Shown here: piece after piece, positions 62,224 through 64,000 of the stretch
Layout: each line of letters opens with the position of its first letter
How positions within the stretch are numbered: position 1 is the first letter of the stretch
Virus record (IMG/VR): IMGVR_UViG_3300042868_010004
Span: 1 to 64,000 of that record
Reading direction: 5' to 3' (one strand)
Length of the DNA stretch: 64,000 nt
From: a virus
Made by a program: the position numbers and the translations under genes
Notes under the pieces: generated by a model
What the model was told of the DNA's origin: nothing
Seen by the model: only the letters and a program-made list of their open reading frames with translations
Databases searched by the model: none

Positions 62224-63896
62224 ATGTCTTGCAACTATATATATAATCTAGCTTCTGGTATCTGGGAAGACATTGGGCAACCCACAGCGACTTCCATACA
62301 ATATATCTCCGGCTGGCTGGTCGCGGATTCAAACTTAGGTAAGCTGAATAATGCTGTCAATACCTGCTATTCCGGTGTCTCTGGATGTGTCGATCCGGTC
62401 ATTAGCGGGGATGAGCAAGCCATTTACAAAGACCTGTATTTAATTTCTTATTATGGTCGTCAAGCCACCGCCTTTCTTGGAGCCGCCGGGATCGACCAGT
62501 GGTTGGAAATCAAAGACGATGTTAGTTCAATCAAAAGGCAGAATAAGAATGAGCTAAGTAAATCATTTATAGCCCTACAAAAACAGACGCAAGAAGATCT
62601 CCGTGATAAGATCTTCGCTTATGAGCGCAATCGAGCCCAACCCGCCGTTATTGATATGGGTAGCGGTGATGAAATTGTCTATCAAGATTACGTCAATGAG
62701 AGAAATACTCGGGCGAATGGTCCGGGCGGAACCTGTGGCTGTTAAGACAAACTTCTGACTGAACCTATCTCATGCCCTCTTTAATTTCTCCGACTGAAGA
62801 TGCCTCATACAGAGCAGCAATAACTGACTTGCACGATACTTGGGCCAAGCCGATTGTTATTTTTTCTACTCGGAAGAGGGTGGTTATCTCAACTAATCCG
62901 AATCACAATTTCCTGTATGCTACGGGACCAAATCAAACTCAAACTGCTGACGAAGTAGTTAAAACAGAGGGAGCGGCCCGCATACATTACAAGAGGGAAC
63001 TTCAAACTGCCGACTTGGCAAAAAATACTTCCGGCACGGCCTCCGATCAATTTAATACATCCCGGAAGGATTGGGACGTTAAGTTGATTGTCACAAAAGA
63101 CATCAAAACCCTGATTGAAAAAGCGGAACGGATAGAGTTCAACGATCAGATTTTCCAAGTTCATACTGACCCGCGTCCACACGGAGTTGTTTCATACCAG
63201 TTTTACAACTTCTATCTCAAAGCCCTGAATTAAACAAAAAAGTTTTCTTAATACAGCCCCCTTTGATTTCCAGTCTCCTTCATGGCCTCCTTTAACCGCA
63301 TTAACTTCCAAAGAGAAGTCTCAGCTCAAATCCGAAATAAGGCATTTCCGGTTATGGCAGCGCGCACGCGGGGCTTCTTCGAGCGGGAAAAAGACCGAAT
63401 GCTTTCTGAATTTGAATCCCATCCGGTCACGAAAGAACTGCAATCACCTTCTGATTCCTCTCAATTTCTGTCCCAAGGCAATCTCGTTGGTTTATTCGGT
63501 TATGAAGATGCGACAGGCGAAGTTGATAAAGTCCGTGAGAATTTAGAGCAAACCAGTATTGTTTTCTTGGATCGTGGTCGCGTTGATAAGGATGGCAGGT
63601 ATGTAATTAGAGTCAAAGCGGAAACCCCTTCGGTTGCCCTGTTGAATGAGGAAACGGAATTACCTTGGCAGAGCAAGGGGCTTGTTGATGCGGTCGAATT
63701 GGGCGTTAGTGGATTCTTCCGGACCTTGTTTGGTGGCGGGTTTGAAGGTTCGCGCTCGGGCGAAGGCATTCAGGTTAAAAACAAAGTCAGGGATGAGTCA
63801 TTTAGTGGTATCGGTCGCGGTGGTTATCTCCGTGGCATTCTCCGGCGTTTCGCCCAAAGGGTTCGTAGCGGGCCTATAACCAGAGGACAATCATAA
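62224..63896 (+). CDS. Probable head-tail connector/neck genes (62224-62745, 62772-63233, 63282-63896)
   Basis: Size and position after the capsid; the functions are positional inference. Confidence 0.6.
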
Positions 63897-64000
63897 TGAA
63901 AGAAACTTTTAATCATAAGGCAACCTCTTCTTTCTATCTCTGGTTTGATAATTATCTACTAGACAAAGGAGAAGCCTTTATAAATGAAACCGGTATTTTC
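63896..64000 (+). CDS. 3'-truncated gene (MKETFNHKATSSFYLWFDNYLLDKGEAF...), probably tail completion
   Basis: TAATG coupling; open to the window end. Confidence 0.7.
   Translation, partial: MKETFNHKATSSFYLWFDNYLLDKGEAFINETGIF

Noticed and set aside
1-64000. Stop-codon reassignment (TAG or TGA recoding)
   Set aside because: Long genes are intact in the standard code, TGA and TAG end genes at coupled junctions (ATGA, TGATG), and internal stops include both TGA and TAA.
1-64000. Diversity-generating retroelement or retron
   Set aside because: No reverse transcriptase and no long A-variable repeat pair seen.

Overview
The window is 64 kb of a large tailed dsDNA phage genome read in the standard genetic code; I saw no integrase, CRISPR array or reverse transcriptase. 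(1) 1-35.0 kb: about 95 mostly small + strand genes, including rIIA/rIIB, YopX, GNAT, C39-like peptidase, Zn-deaminase, SHD1 lipoprotein, HNH, stand-alone AraC HTH, RadC/JAB, three tRNAs and one atypical tRNA-like RNA. This block is driven by about 28 repeated host-sigma70-type promoters and contains several genes broken by single indels or in-frame stops. (2) 35.0-38.2 kb: a mostly non-coding control region with iteron-like repeats, four copies of an 18-bp motif, mirror-image purine/pyrimidine tracts and one GC-rich orphan gene. (3) 38.2-45.5 kb: a mainly minus-strand block with a sigma factor, i-type-like lysozyme plus holin candidate, Hsp20, ClpP, GIY-YIG/AP2 endonuclease and PhoH, interrupted by two + strand paralogues. 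(4) 45.7-64 kb: a + strand late block with fibre and chaperone, candidate unimolecular spanin, second sigma factor, LAGLIDADG endonucleases, ERCC4 nuclease, terminase, portal, protease/scaffold, major capsid and neck genes, with a candidate late-promoter motif TGTAA(A/T/C)C. The SHD1 domain, TTGAC promoters and A-rich leaders without Shine-Dalgarno sites suggest a PVC-superphylum host such as Verrucomicrobia (inference). Family names come from motif recognition by eye, not database searches.
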